Origin: Squalus acanthias
Lineage: Eukaryota
DNA: 64,000 nt
Direction: 5' to 3'
Assembly (NCBI GenBank): GCA_030390025.1
Contig: CM059432.1
Coordinates: 101,310,001 to 101,374,000, forward strand
Positions within the stretch are counted from its first letter, which is position 1; every line of letters starts with the position of its first letter. Below the pieces are notes generated by a model. It saw nothing but the letters and a program-made list of their open reading frames with translations. It did not search any database and was not told the origin of the DNA. Position numbers and translations under genes: made by a program. Below, in pieces: positions 23,751 through 36,455 of this stretch.

Positions 23751-24046
23751 GTAGTACAGTCTAGTCTCATCAGGTGTCAGTCAGTGGTACAGTCCAGTCT
23801 CATCAGGTGTCAGTCAGTGGTACAGTCCAGTCTCATCAGGTGTCAGCCAGTGGTACAGTCCAGCCTCATCAGGTGTCAGTCAGTGGTACAGTCTAGTCTC
23901 ATCAGGTGTCAGTCAGTGGTACAGTCCAGTCTCATCAGGTGTCAGCCAGTGGTACAGTCCAGCCTCATCAGGTGTCAGTCAGTGGTACAGTCCAGTCTCA
24001 TCAGGTGTCAGCCAGTGGTACAGTCCAGCCTCATCAGTTGTCAGTC
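23751..24046. repeat. Minisatellite, 9 x 33 bp (GTGGTACAGTCCAGTCTCATCAGGTGTCAGTCA)
   Basis: Contiguous units starting at 23751+33n; no spacers. Confidence 0.97.
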
Positions 24047-25087
24047 CTCTGCAAATTAATAGCAAGAGCTACTGTACATTAGTTTCTCATGCTTAAGTCG
24101 GGCTTTTATATTTATACCGAGAAATATTGGAGCTACATTCTATATCACAGATTATTAGCAGCAAAGCTTCACACACCACTTCTCCAGTCTACGAGCTCTG
24201 ATGCAGACAGTGTCATTGCCTGAAATACTTGCTTAACCAGAGTTTCTGGAAGATGTAGTAGACTATAGAAAATCTGTTTTCCTTTGTCTGCCAGTTCAAT
24301 TTCTTCCTGTCTCTCTGTACTCCCAAGGTATTTTTGTGAAACATCTCAGCCTGTTATAATTGCCTCTAATTACACACTATAACTTGGGGAGTATAACTCT
24401 GGCTAAAGGTATTCGTAATGAGTGTTTCTGGATCGTAAACTATTTTAAATAGTTGCCAGAATTCGATCTATGTGTTATCTATTTTGAAAATGTACCTGGT
24501 CTTCCAATTTATTTATTTCTGACAGCACATTCAATATATCGTTTCTGATATTAATTTGCTTTTTCTAGTTTCCAAATTTTACCTTATATTCCTTTCATAA
24601 CAGCTTATTCATGAATATCTTTCTCAGTTTTATACTAAATTAATTCAAGTATCTCAATTCTTGTCTCTTCTGGATCTGCAATTGAATTACTGTTACAACA
24701 ATGTTGCTAAATGAAGGTTTCTAAGTGTGCCTGCTTTTTGTTACTTTGATTTTTTTTGTGGAATGAGATGTAAATACAGTTTACTCTCAGTCAGTCTCAG
24801 TCCAAAGCCCGAATAATTGCAACATAGTGCTGTCACCTGAATTAATCTCTGAATTTTTGTTTTCTTCTTCAATGTGAATAATTTATTTAATTAATTAATA
24901 TACATGTATTAACAATACGCAATACAGTTTTCTTATTTTGGATACCAGCTGTTGGAATATGCTTAGATGTTATATTTGTAGCATTGGTAACACCCCTTAT
25001 TTTCAATGTGCTGCAATACATATTCAATTTGCTTATCCCTTGTGGTCAAGGGGAATGAAATACTTGTAAGACGTTGATACACCTTAC

Positions 25088-26055
25088 GGTCAGAATTTTA
25101 AATCGGGAGGTGGGTTGGGAGCAGGGGAGCTAGGAAGTGGTCGGGAAACCCGAGAGAACGGGTTTCCTGCAGGCCCTGCCAAATTTAACGGCTGGGTCTG
25201 ATTAGCATTTCAAAGGTCTGTTTCTCACCCGCAGCCAGCCAGATGGAATGGCTGGCTGGCTGCGGGCGGGTAGGCCTGCGGCACTAGGCCACAGAGAGGG
25301 AGGGAGGGATCGGGTGGGGGTCGGAGGAGGATCGGGGAGGGAGAGAGGATCAGGGCTGGTGCATCGCGGTGGGAGAGTGGATCGGGGCTGGCGCATTGGT
25401 GTGCGGGGGGGGGGGGGGAACGGGGAAGAGAGGATTGGTGAGGGAAAAGCATGGATCGGGACCGGAGCATCGGTGGTGGGGGAGGGAGGAATGTGGCCAG
25501 AGCATTAAAGCGAAGGAAGAGAGTATCGGGGCTGGCCTGAGGATCATTGGTGGGGGGGAGTGAGGATCGGGGCCGGCCTGAGGATCATTGGTGGGGGGGA
25601 GTGAGGATCGGGGCCGGCCTGAGGATCATCGGTGGGGAGGAGTGAGGAGCGGGGCTGGCCTGAGGATCATTGGTGGGGGTGGAAGCATCAGAGCCGGCCT
25701 GAGAATCATCAAGGGGTGGGGCGGGGGGGGGGAGGCGGTGTCTGGGAATGTGATCGGAGAACTCGTAGGAGGAATCATAGGCCTCGGGGGGGGGGGGGGG
25801 CGGAAATTGGAGGCCTCATGGGCAGGATCAGAGGCCTCGTGGGTGGGATCGGAGACCTCCTGGGAATCTCCGATCGCGGGGGGTGGGTGAGGCAGGGCGC
25901 TGGATCCAAGAAGTAAATGTAAAGGCACTTACCTCCAGGATCCAGCAGCCCTCGCCTTACTTTAGTTGGCGGGCTCTCCGAGGCCAGAGATGCTGACCAG
26001 CCAGACTTAAATTTGAAATGCTGTTTAAGTCTGAGGCATGCCAAGCTCATTATAT
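25088..26055. mobile_element. Harbinger-type MITE, left part, with G-rich internal repeats
   Basis: TIR-like GGTCAGAATTTT, GGCGGG/GGTGGG subterminal motifs; right TIR not found. Confidence 0.55.
25520..25720 (+). repeat. G-rich ~40-bp minisatellite (GAGGATCGGGGCCGGCCTGAGGATCATTGGTGGGGGGGAGT), ~5 copies
   Basis: Direct reading. Confidence 0.85.
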
Positions 26056-26300
26056 GGGCCATATTTTGCGACCCCTACGGGTGCGTATGAGGTGTGTACG
26101 CACGCATAGAGGCCGCGCAAGTTCCGGGTTTAGGCATGCGAAGCGCATGCGCTAAAACCGTGAATTTGTGACCTGTCCAGAATCCTCTTGGCAGATCCTC
26201 TGCATCCCCGGGGGATGAGCCTCTGCGGGTGGAGAGTTGCGCTATTTGCCCTATCCTCCATTCTCTCCACCCAGGCAGAATCACCTTGAGTGCTGAACGA
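26056..26300 (+). mobile_element. Left half of hairpin-family MITE (like 40333-40560)
   Basis: GGGCCATATTTT start, CCTACGGGTG hairpin, GCGCATGCGC motif, colinear with the 40333 copy. Confidence 0.7.
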
Positions 26301-27552
26301 TTGCTTAGCAAGCTCACCCAGAGTCCTTAAATGCCACATCCTCCCTCCCTCCAGTGCTCCTATTGACGACTCTGAAAGAATCATACGTTAAAAAAGGATC
26401 AAGGAGGGACAAGTAATCAGAAGGAACGAGAAAGTCAAGCAATCAAATCACCCATTTTTTTCATTTATGAACCAGCAAGAACTACAAAACTGACCAAATT
26501 GTTCAAAATAATTTCTTCAGATTGTTTTTTGGCTGCCATTTTACTTCTTCACTCAAGTCAAGCTGTAATCTAGAAATAACATCTATAACATAAACCCATA
26601 AAAATGACACAACCCTGAAACAAAAACTTAGCCTTCAAATTAGTTATATTTATGTTAGAAATGCCTGCAAGAAGTTTTCTACACATAGGCCTGCCCCTCT
26701 TTCTTGGGCCTGAGTCATGAGTCAGAAATTTCACCTGGGCCTTGGATATTGGGGGATTTCCAGCTCTTGCGGACAGATTGTAACTGTACATACCCCTCTT
26801 GTGTGAGGGAGAGGTATATGTATGATGGGAGTTACAGTTTTCAAAAGTTGTCATTTCCACCCTGCTCCTTTGGAACAAACAACACCTAGAGTGCAGCACG
26901 ACAACCCGTGTCAGATGACAACCAGACAGAAAATTTACAAATAACAACAGTGAGACATAGTGGCAAAATAAAACATCGAAAAATGAAACTAATTTAATGG
27001 TTTCAGCATTTTATACAATTTAAGCCATCAAATAAAAATTCTGAGCTAATGGTGTTGTTTGGGAAGAAGTTTTTAATACTGCTGCGAGAGACAGATGCTT
27101 GTACTATGACTACAGATGGAAGTTTATGAGGCACTTTGATGCTGAGCTTGGATACCATAGCCACAATTAGTCAGACCGAAACATGGCGACTGACCACCTG
27201 CTCAGCTGCTGGTTATTGGAGATTCGAAATTTGGAAAAGTTCCCTGGGGTGTACTACATCAGTGACAACTTCAGCAAGTATTACCAATTCACCGTGCAAT
27301 ATCTGTTGTAATCATGTAAATAACTGAAGGAAGAAAGATTTAAGCAAATACTGTGAATACATTATGAGAGGCAGAGTAAAAAAATTATGTAAATAACTGA
27401 GAATAAGTGGGCTTGGGAAAGGAAAAACAAAGTTACTTGCAGTTCACGCAAGTTTTGTAAAGAAGTGGGTAGACAGTGATAGAAATTTCATATCTGATGC
27501 CTGCATTTTTCAATAAAGTCTGTAATATTTTTACTTCATCAGTCAGGCAATA

Positions 27553-27916
27553 CAGGAAACTCTTTATTAACCGGCACCGACGGGACCGGCGTGGTGCCGG
27601 TTAATCAAAAAGTCCGGATAATGGAGAGTTATATCTCCCAACGTACGAGAGCCTCGTACACATTGACATGCGCCTGCATTCGGAGCTCCGTCTCCCCGGG
27701 GACCGCCAGCTGACCATCTGTCGTGTCCGCTGCCTACCCGGGCTGCACATTCCCCTCCCAATCTACACACTCCGATACAAGGCAAACGCCTCGGGGTTTT
27801 TTTTAAAGTTAATTTTAAACGAGAGATGAAGGAAAACCCCGGTTACCTACTCAAGAATTTTGCCGGTTAAGAGAGATTTCCGGATATTTGGGTGCCGGTT
27901 AATAAAGAGTTTCCTG
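27553..27916. mobile_element. Tc1/mariner-pogo (Tigger-like) MITE, 364 bp
   Basis: Perfect 26-bp TIR CAGGAAACTCTTTATTAACCGGCACC, TA TSD on both sides, internal TGCCGGTTAA repeats. Confidence 0.92.
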
Positions 27917-28274
27917 TATATTGTTGGATTAAATTTGCTGTATTACAGCAATGGACAAACTGACTTTGTGTTTAAACTCTAGTCGAGCCTCTGTATACAT
28001 CAGAAAACGTGTTCCAGGTTTCAGTCAACCTATGAGCAATGCCACAGGAGATCTAATATATTATAATATATATTCACAAATATAATAAGGTTAATAATGG
28101 AATAATATTAAGTGAGAAACAGGCTGCTGCTGGTGTTCCCAAAATGCAACAATTTAATAAAAATAGGTTCAAAAGAAAAACAGTAAAATATATAATCAAA
28201 ATTGTATTTAATAAATAATAGGCCCAGCCACACCACACAGAACCATGCCAGACCTAAAGGGGTGAATATGACCG

Positions 28275-28701
28275 ACATTGGCTTCCAGTTAAGCAACGCC
28301 TTGATTTCAAAATTCTCATCCTTGTTTTCAAATCCGTCCATGGCCTCGCCCCACCCTATCTCTGTAATTTCCTTCAGCCCCACAACCCCCAGAGATATCT
28401 GCGCTCCTCTAATTCTGCCCTCTTGAGCATCCCTGATTATAATCGCTCAACCTTTGGTGGCCGTGCCTTCTGTTGCCTTGGCCCTAAGCTCTGGAATTCC
28501 CTGCCTAAACCTCTCCGCCTCTCTACCTCTCTTTCCTCCTTTAAGATGCTCATTAAAACCTACCTCTTTCACCATCTGCCCTAATTTCCCCTTATGTGCT
28601 TCGGTGTCAAATTTTATTTATTTTTTGTCTTATAATACACCTGTGAAGACCATGGGAGATTTTACTACGTTAAAGGTGCTATATCAATACACGTTGTTGT
28701 T
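28275..28701 (+). mobile_element. L2 3' fragment
   Basis: Aligns with 22810-23243. Confidence 0.88.
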
Positions 28702-28799
28702 GAATTTCCAGGTGGGATCTCTCGATTGTTTACTTACTTTGGTGGAAGAGCCGCGGAAACCCCGGAAAAATGGTGTAAATGGTGGCTACTGCGGACAAG

Positions 28800-28917
28800 C
28801 GGGAGAAGCTGATAGGGTTAGATGAAGTAGGGTGGGAGGAGGCTCGTGTGGAGCATAAACGCCGGCATAGACCAGTTGGGCCGAATGGCCTATTTCTGAC
28901 CTGTAAATTCTATGTAA
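28800..28917 (+). mobile_element. CR1 3' UTR fragment
   Basis: GGGCCGAATGGCCT tail motif; similar to 35420-35535. Confidence 0.75.
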
Positions 28918-28981
28918 ACCCTACAGAAATTCATCCCCCTATATATCTATCTCATAAGTTTCCTGTGCTCAGTATGTGTGC

Positions 28982-29262
28982 AGAAAGAAAATAATTTTAA
29001 TTTATATAGCGCTTTACATGCCCTCAAGATATCCCTAAGAGCTTTACAACCAATTAAGTACTTTTGAAATGTAGTCACTGTTGTTATTTAGGCAAATGTG
29101 ATAGCAAATTTGTGCACAACAAGGTCCCACAAACTGCAATGAGATAAGTGACCAGACATTCCGCTGTATTGGCTGAGGGATAAACATTGGCTTGGACACT
29201 GGGAGAAATCTCCTGCTCTTCTTTGAATAATGTATTGGGATCTTTTACATCCTGGGTGCAGA
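28982..29262 (-). mobile_element. Deu-SINE 3' half
   Basis: Aligns with 1102-1380. Confidence 0.8.
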
Positions 29263-29816
29263 TTAGTTAAGTGTAGTTCAATCACATTCTACAAAGAGCA
29301 ACCACATTTTATTGACAGTGCTATCAATTAATAAGTTGAACCGGAAGGCAAGCGAGTAGGAATAGCAACAGCCCCAAGAGCTCCAAGTCACCACCAACTC
29401 TGCCACTTTCAATAGCCTCCATCTTGACTTAACCCCATGCTTCTGCTCCTGACCACAGCTCCAAGAAACCCTCCACTCCCAGATTCAGCCCTACTAACAC
29501 CTCCACCAATCAATGTCATGCCCCCAGCCCCATCCAGGACACACACTTTGAACTCCCAGACTCAACTAAGTCAAAATAATTTTTGCATATCTTTAAAAAA
29601 ACTTCAGTATGTTTGGATGTTAAAAAATATATATATTCTCCTTTTTATTTTCATTGCAATCTGATATGCTCAGAGTATAATCATGAACGAGGTATACTGG
29701 GGTGAAATTGCTATATGGAAGAATGGGAGCACTTTCCGGCTTACAAAACCACTTTGTAATGTAAGTAAAGAATTTTTATGAGCGGGTAAATGCGAATGCA
29801 GATCTGAGTCTCAACA

Positions 29817-30068
29817 TAAACAACAACAACAACTTGTATTCATATAGCACATTTAAAGTAGTAAAACGTCCCAAGGGGCTTCACAGGCGTATTATAAAAC
29901 AAAAAATTTGACACCGAGCCACATAAGAAGAAGTTAGGGCAGATGACCAAAAGCTTGGTCAAAGAGGTAGGTTTTAAGGAGCGTCTTAAAGGGGGAAAGA
30001 GAGGTAGAGAGTCAGAAAGGTTTAGGGAGGGAATTCCAGAGCTTAGGGCCTTGGCAACAGAAGGCACG
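29817..30068 (-). mobile_element. L2 3' fragment
   Basis: (CAA)n tail; reverse complement of 22995-23243. Confidence 0.88.
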
Positions 30069-31146
30069 GTATTAACTGTGCCCCATGATGGAATCATCTA
30101 TTCTATACCATACTGTTAGTTCTGTTTTTTTTTTAAACACAGTAATAGTTCATTCCCAAAGCAGCCACCAAAACCATGGAGAGAGAAAATAAATCAGGAA
30201 GAAATCTTACTGAAAATACAACAAATCGCTCCTGAAATTTTACCATTCTATATTGCAAGTACGCTGCCACTCAGCTTTTATCATGATTACTTTTAAATTA
30301 ATATTGTTATCAGTAATGCTTTTTAAATTCAATTACGCAAGTCTTGATGCCTTTCTGCTTCAGCATCTAATACTGAAAGGTCAGGAAGTGAATAGTTTTG
30401 ATGTCTTGAAGCACATTGTCTGACAGGACATGTACTCATTAATTGTGTTAAGGAGATCAAACGGAAATGTCAGTTCCTAGAAATTGTGCCCAAGTTAAAT
30501 GACGATGAGAAAATCTCTATTTGTAGACTTGTAATATTAATCAGTGAAATATATTTGATTTATTTTAACACTGAGCAGCTGTCTGATTTTCTTCATCTTT
30601 GTGGTACTGCTAGCTGCTGTGAAATGGATAAAGTAGTAACTCCAGTGACTGAGTGAACTAGTCCACGGCACTACTCGCTTGTGTAGCTCAGGAACGTAAA
30701 TCAGTTCATTCAACAACTGCATTTAACAAGAATATCATATGTGAAGTCCCCAACATTGACACTCAGGGGTTAAAATGTTATTTTCTCTTCCCACTCTGGT
30801 ACTTAAAAGTTACATATAAATGTGTCAGTAACTGGAAGCAGTTTCTACAGAGTTTATGCAGGAAGATAGGTTGCAAAATTGAAGAGTGTGTGATTCTTCC
30901 TAATTTAGTGGGGGTTTGGTACTATTGTTGGACTCTATTCTGCCGTGTATAGGAATTCACATGTTGTTATTTCTCTTTCATTGAAATGTAAATTTTGTAT
31001 CTTCCCTGATTAGGTAGACATGTGACCAGTGTTTAGTTGCCAAATCTGCTGTGATTTTATGCTATGTAAAAGAGGGAGGAGTTTTATTTTGGAGTTCAGA
31101 ATTCCCTGTCTCATATCACTTCAATCTTACCTGACATATGTAATAT

Positions 31147-33277
31147 ACATAGACTCATAGAATCATAGAGTGGTTACAGCACAGAGGAGGCCATTCGGCC
31201 CATCGAGCCCGTGCCGGCTCTCTGCAAGAGCACTTCAGCTAGTCCCACTCCCCCGCCCTTTCCCTGAGCCCTGCAATTTTGTTTCCTTCAGGTACTTATC
31301 CAATTCCCTTTTGAAAACCATGATTGAGTCTGCCTCCACCACCCTTTCAGGCAGTGCATTCCAGATCATAACCACTCGCTGCGTAAAAAAGTTTTTCCTC
31401 ATGTCGCTTTTGGTTCTTCTGCCAAATCACCTTAAATCTGTGTCCTCTGGTTCGCGACCCTTCCGCCAATGGGAACAGTTTCTCTCTATCTACTCTGTCT
31501 AGATCCCTCATGATTTTGAACACCTCTATTAAATCTCCTCTCAACCTTCTCTGTTCTAAGGAGAACAACCCCAGCTTCTCCACGTAACTAAAGTCCCTTA
31601 TCCCTGCCACCATTCTTGTAAATCTTTTCTGCACCCTTTATAAAGCCTTCACATGTTTCCTAAAGTGCGGTGCCCAGAATTGGACACAATACTCCAGTTG
31701 AGGCTAAACCAGTGTCTTATACAGGTTTGTCATAATTTCCTTGCTTTTGTACTCTGTGGGCTGGATTTTGATACTGGGGTGGGTTGGGGTCGTGTTATCC
31801 ACTTTTCGTGTTATCCACCCGACTGCAATTGGATGTGGGAGATTGATGCGATTTTCACCTAATTGGGCAATTGAGTTCCAGCATGTGGGAACCCATGACC
31901 CAATTAGTGTTTTCAGTCTGAAAGTCACCTCTGATGATGTCATCATTGCTGCTGCCTTGAAGGTCTGCAAAGACTGCCTGGCCTTTGCTGTGAGAGGACC
32001 TGGAGGCAAAATGAGCAGCAGCAGCCCTAAGTCTGCTCCCAGATATTTTACCACCACCACCACCACCACCTTTACCATCACCTTTACCACCACCTTTACC
32101 ACCACCACCACCACCACCACCACCACCAACCTGCAGCTGATAGTCAGCTATCCAAATGTGCTCCCGCCAGTTTTCACATTCGTGGTTCAGAACAGACGTA
32201 CTTCACGTAGAAAAAGAGTTAAAATCACAAAGGCCTTTCAAAATGGCATTATAGACACAATTTAGTGCTTGTTAAGGGCCTTAACAGCCTATCCCGCCTC
32301 TTAGAGGCGGGACGGAGTCGGGACCAGCAGACACGATTTAATGAAAATTGCGTGGAGGTGGGATGGAGGCGGGCTTGTGCCCGCCCGCCCGCCAGTTTTC
32401 GCAATTTTAACCCCCCACACGCCTCCAAACCCACCTCCACGGGTCAATGAAAATTCTGCCCTATGCCTCTATTTATTAAGCCCAGGATCCCGTATGCTTT
32501 TTTAGCTGCTTTCTCAACCTGCCCTGCCACCTTCAACGATTTCTGCACATATACTCCCAAATCTCTCTGTTCATGCACCCCCTTTAGAATTATACCCTTG
32601 AGTTTATATTGCCTCTACTCGTTCTTCCTACCAAAATGTATCACTTTGCACTTTTCTGCATTAAATTTCATCTGCCACGTGTTCGTCCATTCCACCAGCC
32701 TGTCTATGTCCTCTTGAAGTCTATCACTATACTCCACACTGTTTACTATACTTCCAAGTTTTGTGTCATCTGCAAATTTTGAAATTGTGCCCTGTACACC
32801 CAAGTCTAAGTAATTAATATATGTCAAGAAAAGCAGTGGTCCTAGTACTGACCCCTGGGGAACACCACTGTATACCTTCCTCCAGTTCGAAAAACAACCG
32901 TTCACCACTACTCTCTGTTTCCTGTCACTTAACCAATTTTGTATCCATGCTGCCACTCCCTTTTATTCCATGGGCTTCAACTTTGCTTGCAAGCCTATTA
33001 TGTGGCACTTTATCAAACGCCTTTTGGAAATCCATGTACACCAAATCAGCTGCATTCCCTCATCAACTCTCTCTGTTACCTCATCAAAAAACTCGATCAA
33101 GTTAGTTAAACACGATTTGCCTTTGACAAATCCGTGCTGGCTTTCCTTAATTAATCCACACTTGTCCAAGTGACTGTTAATTTTGTCCCGGGTTATTGAT
33201 TCTAAAAGCTTCCCCGCTACCGAGGTTAAACTGACTGGTCTGTAGTTGCTGGGTTTAACCTTACACCCTTTTTTGAA
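31147..33277 (-). mobile_element. CR1 LINE, 5'-truncated, split by MITE 31758-32461
   Basis: CATAGA repeat tail; NYRPVSLTS, QHGFVKGKSCLTN, GVPQGSVLGP, FADDTK on -. Confidence 0.92.
31758..32461. mobile_element. Harbinger-type MITE (704 bp) containing an (ACC)n microsatellite at 32050-32128
   Basis: TIR GGGCTGGATTTT / AAAATTCTGCCC; flanks TGT/TAT (CR1 context implies a TAT TSD). Confidence 0.82.
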
Positions 33278-33591
33278 AAAAAGCCAGCATAGCCATCTCC
33301 CGAATATCAAAGCCACCGAGAAGAAATCATGTTGATTGCAGTTTCTGGCAGAAACACTCCCAAACATTGGGCAGTTCTGGTCTCCGTATTAGAAAACGGA
33401 TATAGAAACACCAGAGAAAATGCAAAAAAGATTTACAAGGATGATCCCAGAGCTGAGAGGGTATAACTATCAGGAATGACTGAACAGGCTGGGGCTCTTT
33501 TCCCAAGAAAAGAGAGACTGAGAGGTGACCTGATAGAGGTCTTTAAAATTATGATTGTGGGGAGTCCAAAACTAGGAGCCAAAAATATAAG

Positions 33592-35262
33592 TACCCAGAT
33601 TTTGCAGCAAACGTAATGGTGAGGCTATCAGCGCTCGCTGTTTTTCAAGTGTAAATCGGACAGCAACTTCTAGCGACTGCACGTGCGCAGTTAAACATGG
33701 AAATCAGGAATTTGCTTTCTGAGATGTCCTGCTCCTCCAGAAGCTGCGCTACAACAGTATCTCACCAAGAGACTCAGCATTCAAACACACGGAAGGGCGT
33801 GAAGTTGCGGTACTTACGCGATAGGTACCCACTTAATACGCCAGAAAAAGTTAGGGCTTCTCCATTCCAGTGAAAGTAAATTTTTAATGGTGTGATAAGT
33901 CTTAATTACTGCCAAACAACCTGACTGGCACTGAAAATTAACTTTTACAAATGTGGAGTCTCATTACTTCAGCTTTTAATTATTGATGGAGATTTTTAAC
34001 TTTTTCTTTCTGTCCCTTTTATTTCTCTCTCTATTCCCATCTTTCTTTTCCTCTCTTTCTGTACATGATTTTACATTGAATTAGATATTCTAACTTACAC
34101 TTCCCGGTTCAGACTCTGCGGGGATGATTTTTGACAGCTCCTTCAGGCACTAAAGAGCCTCTGAGATGGCCAAGATGGGGTATTGAGCTGAAACGCGTTT
34201 TGCGCAAGATGACATCTTGGTAAAGGAGTTAAAGCTTGTGCTAGGAACTGCCACCCGGGGATCGTTAAGGGGCTGATTGCCACTTAAATTGCCTGCTAGT
34301 GCTCATTAACGAGGCTGCATGGCACTTTGGTGGATAGCGCCCTCTCCTAACAGCGACCAGCCGATTGGGAGTAAACAAGTCGTTCCTGAGGATTTCGAGT
34401 GCTACTTAAAGGTTTATCACCTTTTACTGTTCACTTGCTGCTGGAGGTTTGAAGAATACTTTTAAAGCACATCGTGAGACTTTTTGGCACACTTTTCAAG
34501 ACTTCACCAACACTCTAGCAACATTTATTGCAGAAATTCTTTGAGAACGTCACCTAAAAAGAGTAAGTGCTGTGCTACTCTACCTTACTGGACACCTTGT
34601 AAGAGTCTCCAGGAGAAAGGGAGTGCTTGGTCATGGGGATCCTGATCGGGGTCCCCTTGGTCTGGAGGAGGAATGGGAGGAGGAGGTGAGGCCAGGAAGA
34701 GCAGTACCAGATGTTGCAGGAGAGCGGGACAAGAGGGCGAGGTGGACTCCTTACCGCCTGCGGGTACAGAATATCCCTCCTCCTCTGGACTGCCTCCACC
34801 AGGACCTCCAGTGCGGCGTCCGAGAACCTGTGCGCCCTCTCCCTCGGTCACTGAGCCATCCTCAAATGTTCCACTGTGACTCAACCAGCGCATTCCACAC
34901 CTTTAGTGGAAGTTGATATGTGGAGCTCACATATGCTGCTCTACGAAAATTGCTTCTAATCAGCGCTTGAATGCTAAACCTGCAGGTGTTTGTTTTACCA
35001 CCTTCAGGCAAATTCAAATTATGGTAATCAGCAAATTAGGACCAAATTTGCGGGCTAAAATCAGACTTTCAAACAGGCGTGTCTAATGAGCACAGTTTCC
35101 TGTTCATACAGGTCCCAGATCCCCTGTAGAGGGCGCTGTGCCAAAATGGATTTCTAATCACGACAAGTTCCAGTGCAAAAGCCCATTGAAAGTTTGTGGG
35201 CAATTGCAAGTGTAATGAACTGCTGGCGGCATTCGTTCGCCATTGAATGTAAATTCCTGGCC
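33592..35262 (+). mobile_element. Harbinger-type MITE with a nested Harbinger derivative
   Basis: TSD AAG; degenerate TIR TACCCAGATTTTGC / AAATTCCTGGCC. 33690-34110 is homologous to the reverse complement of 44800-44912 plus 47716-48167. Confidence 0.7.
34120..35066. mobile_element. Harbinger deletion derivative keeping only the 5' ends of both genes
   Basis: + strand MGILIGVPLGLEEE (from 34633) abuts - strand MAQ*PRERAHRFSDAALEVLVEAVQRRRDILYPQ (34860-34750); boundaries approximate. Confidence 0.65.
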
Positions 35263-35634
35263 AAGGCAGTCACTAATAAATCCAATAGGGATTTCAGGAG
35301 AAACTTCTTTACTCAGAGAGTGCTGAGAATGTGGAACTTGCTATCACATGGAGTGGTTGAGGCGAATAGCATAGATGCAATTATGGGGAAGCTAGATAAG
35401 TACACAAGGGAGTAAGGAATAGAAGGTTATGCTGATAGAGTGGGATGAAGTGAAATGAGGCGCATGTGGAGCTTAAACACTAGCATAGACCTGTTGGGCC
35501 GAATGGCCTGTTTCTGTGCTGCAAAATTCTTTGTAACGAAGGCCAGAATGAAATAATGTTCCAAACAGAGTCTGTGCTGTTATGTCAAATTAAAACTTGA
35601 GCCATCTAAAGAAAGTCTTCAAAAAACTAAACAT

Positions 35635-35925
35635 CCTATGCAGAGCTAGCAGATCTCCATCAGGGACATCAGTGGAGGTTCCACAATTGGCCTCAGTGAC
35701 TCTAGTTTAGGGAGGGAAAAATTAACCACAGTTTCCATTTTTGATTGCTATCCAATGATTCCTGTTGCAAGTACATGTGTGTGGATGTTAGATCAGGATG
35801 GGTTTGGCTGAGTTGTAATGCTACCCTGCCAACACTCACTGTCAAGAATTCACTAATAGTAATGGCCACCGGAGCAGGGTACCAGAGGGTGACCAGCTCA
35901 CATTGAATCATACCCCAGCAAAGCA
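35635..35925 (+). mobile_element. Old SINE-like repeat (same family as 4370-4640)
   Basis: Shared sequence blocks, aligned by eye. Confidence 0.4.
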
Positions 35926-36455
35926 TTCAACACCTAAAGGACAGAAGGAGAAGGTGACAGAAAATGGATTAAGTAATGAAAAGAAAGAAACACTATTGGT
36001 TGTAAATTCAGAGACCTGAATTGAGAATATTCCAATAACTGTTTTTCCTGGAGTTAGGATGGAATGATCCTTTAAGTGATAGAAAAGTGCAAAACTCTAA
36101 TATATGTTTTAAGCTTATAATGCTAGGACAGTTGTCTGATGTACCATGAAGTTGTTTATTTAACTTATGTGCATTTTATTTTATGGTTAGGTAAACTGCT
36201 AATGTTATCACAGTAGGAAAGGTTATTTGATCAGAAATCCATGACTATGTATACACATAGATGTATGATTGATATTGTTTGAACTTGCATTGAGCTCATT
36301 GCAAAAATAAAGTTGTTCTTATGGATTTGATAAAAAAATTATCCTATATATATATAAATTTCACTGATCTCAGATGCTGAGACTGTCATCAGTTCCTTTT
36401 GAGATTTCTTGTAATAATCATCATGATATTAGAGACCACTGCCTGAACTTTGCTG

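Larger units (their letters stand above)
33370..35535 (+). mobile_element. CR1 3' fragment split by composite DNA element (33370-33591, 35263-35535)
   Basis: QFWSP..KRFTRMIP; resumes VTNKSNRDFRRNFFTQRVLRMWN, then tail. Confidence 0.8.

Noticed and set aside
23751..24046. CRISPR-like array or repeat-protein CDS (143-aa ORF)
   Set aside because: Units are contiguous with no spacers, there are no cas genes, the context is eukaryotic, and the ORF starts in a CR1 3' UTR.
27182..27310. Short ORF MATDHLLSCWLLEIRNLEKFPG, vaguely like a hAT dimerisation domain
   Set aside because: Only 42 codons, weak similarity and no supporting TIRs.
31704..32265. Poly-Val / poly-Thr ORFs
   Set aside because: Translations of an (ACC)n microsatellite inside a MITE.
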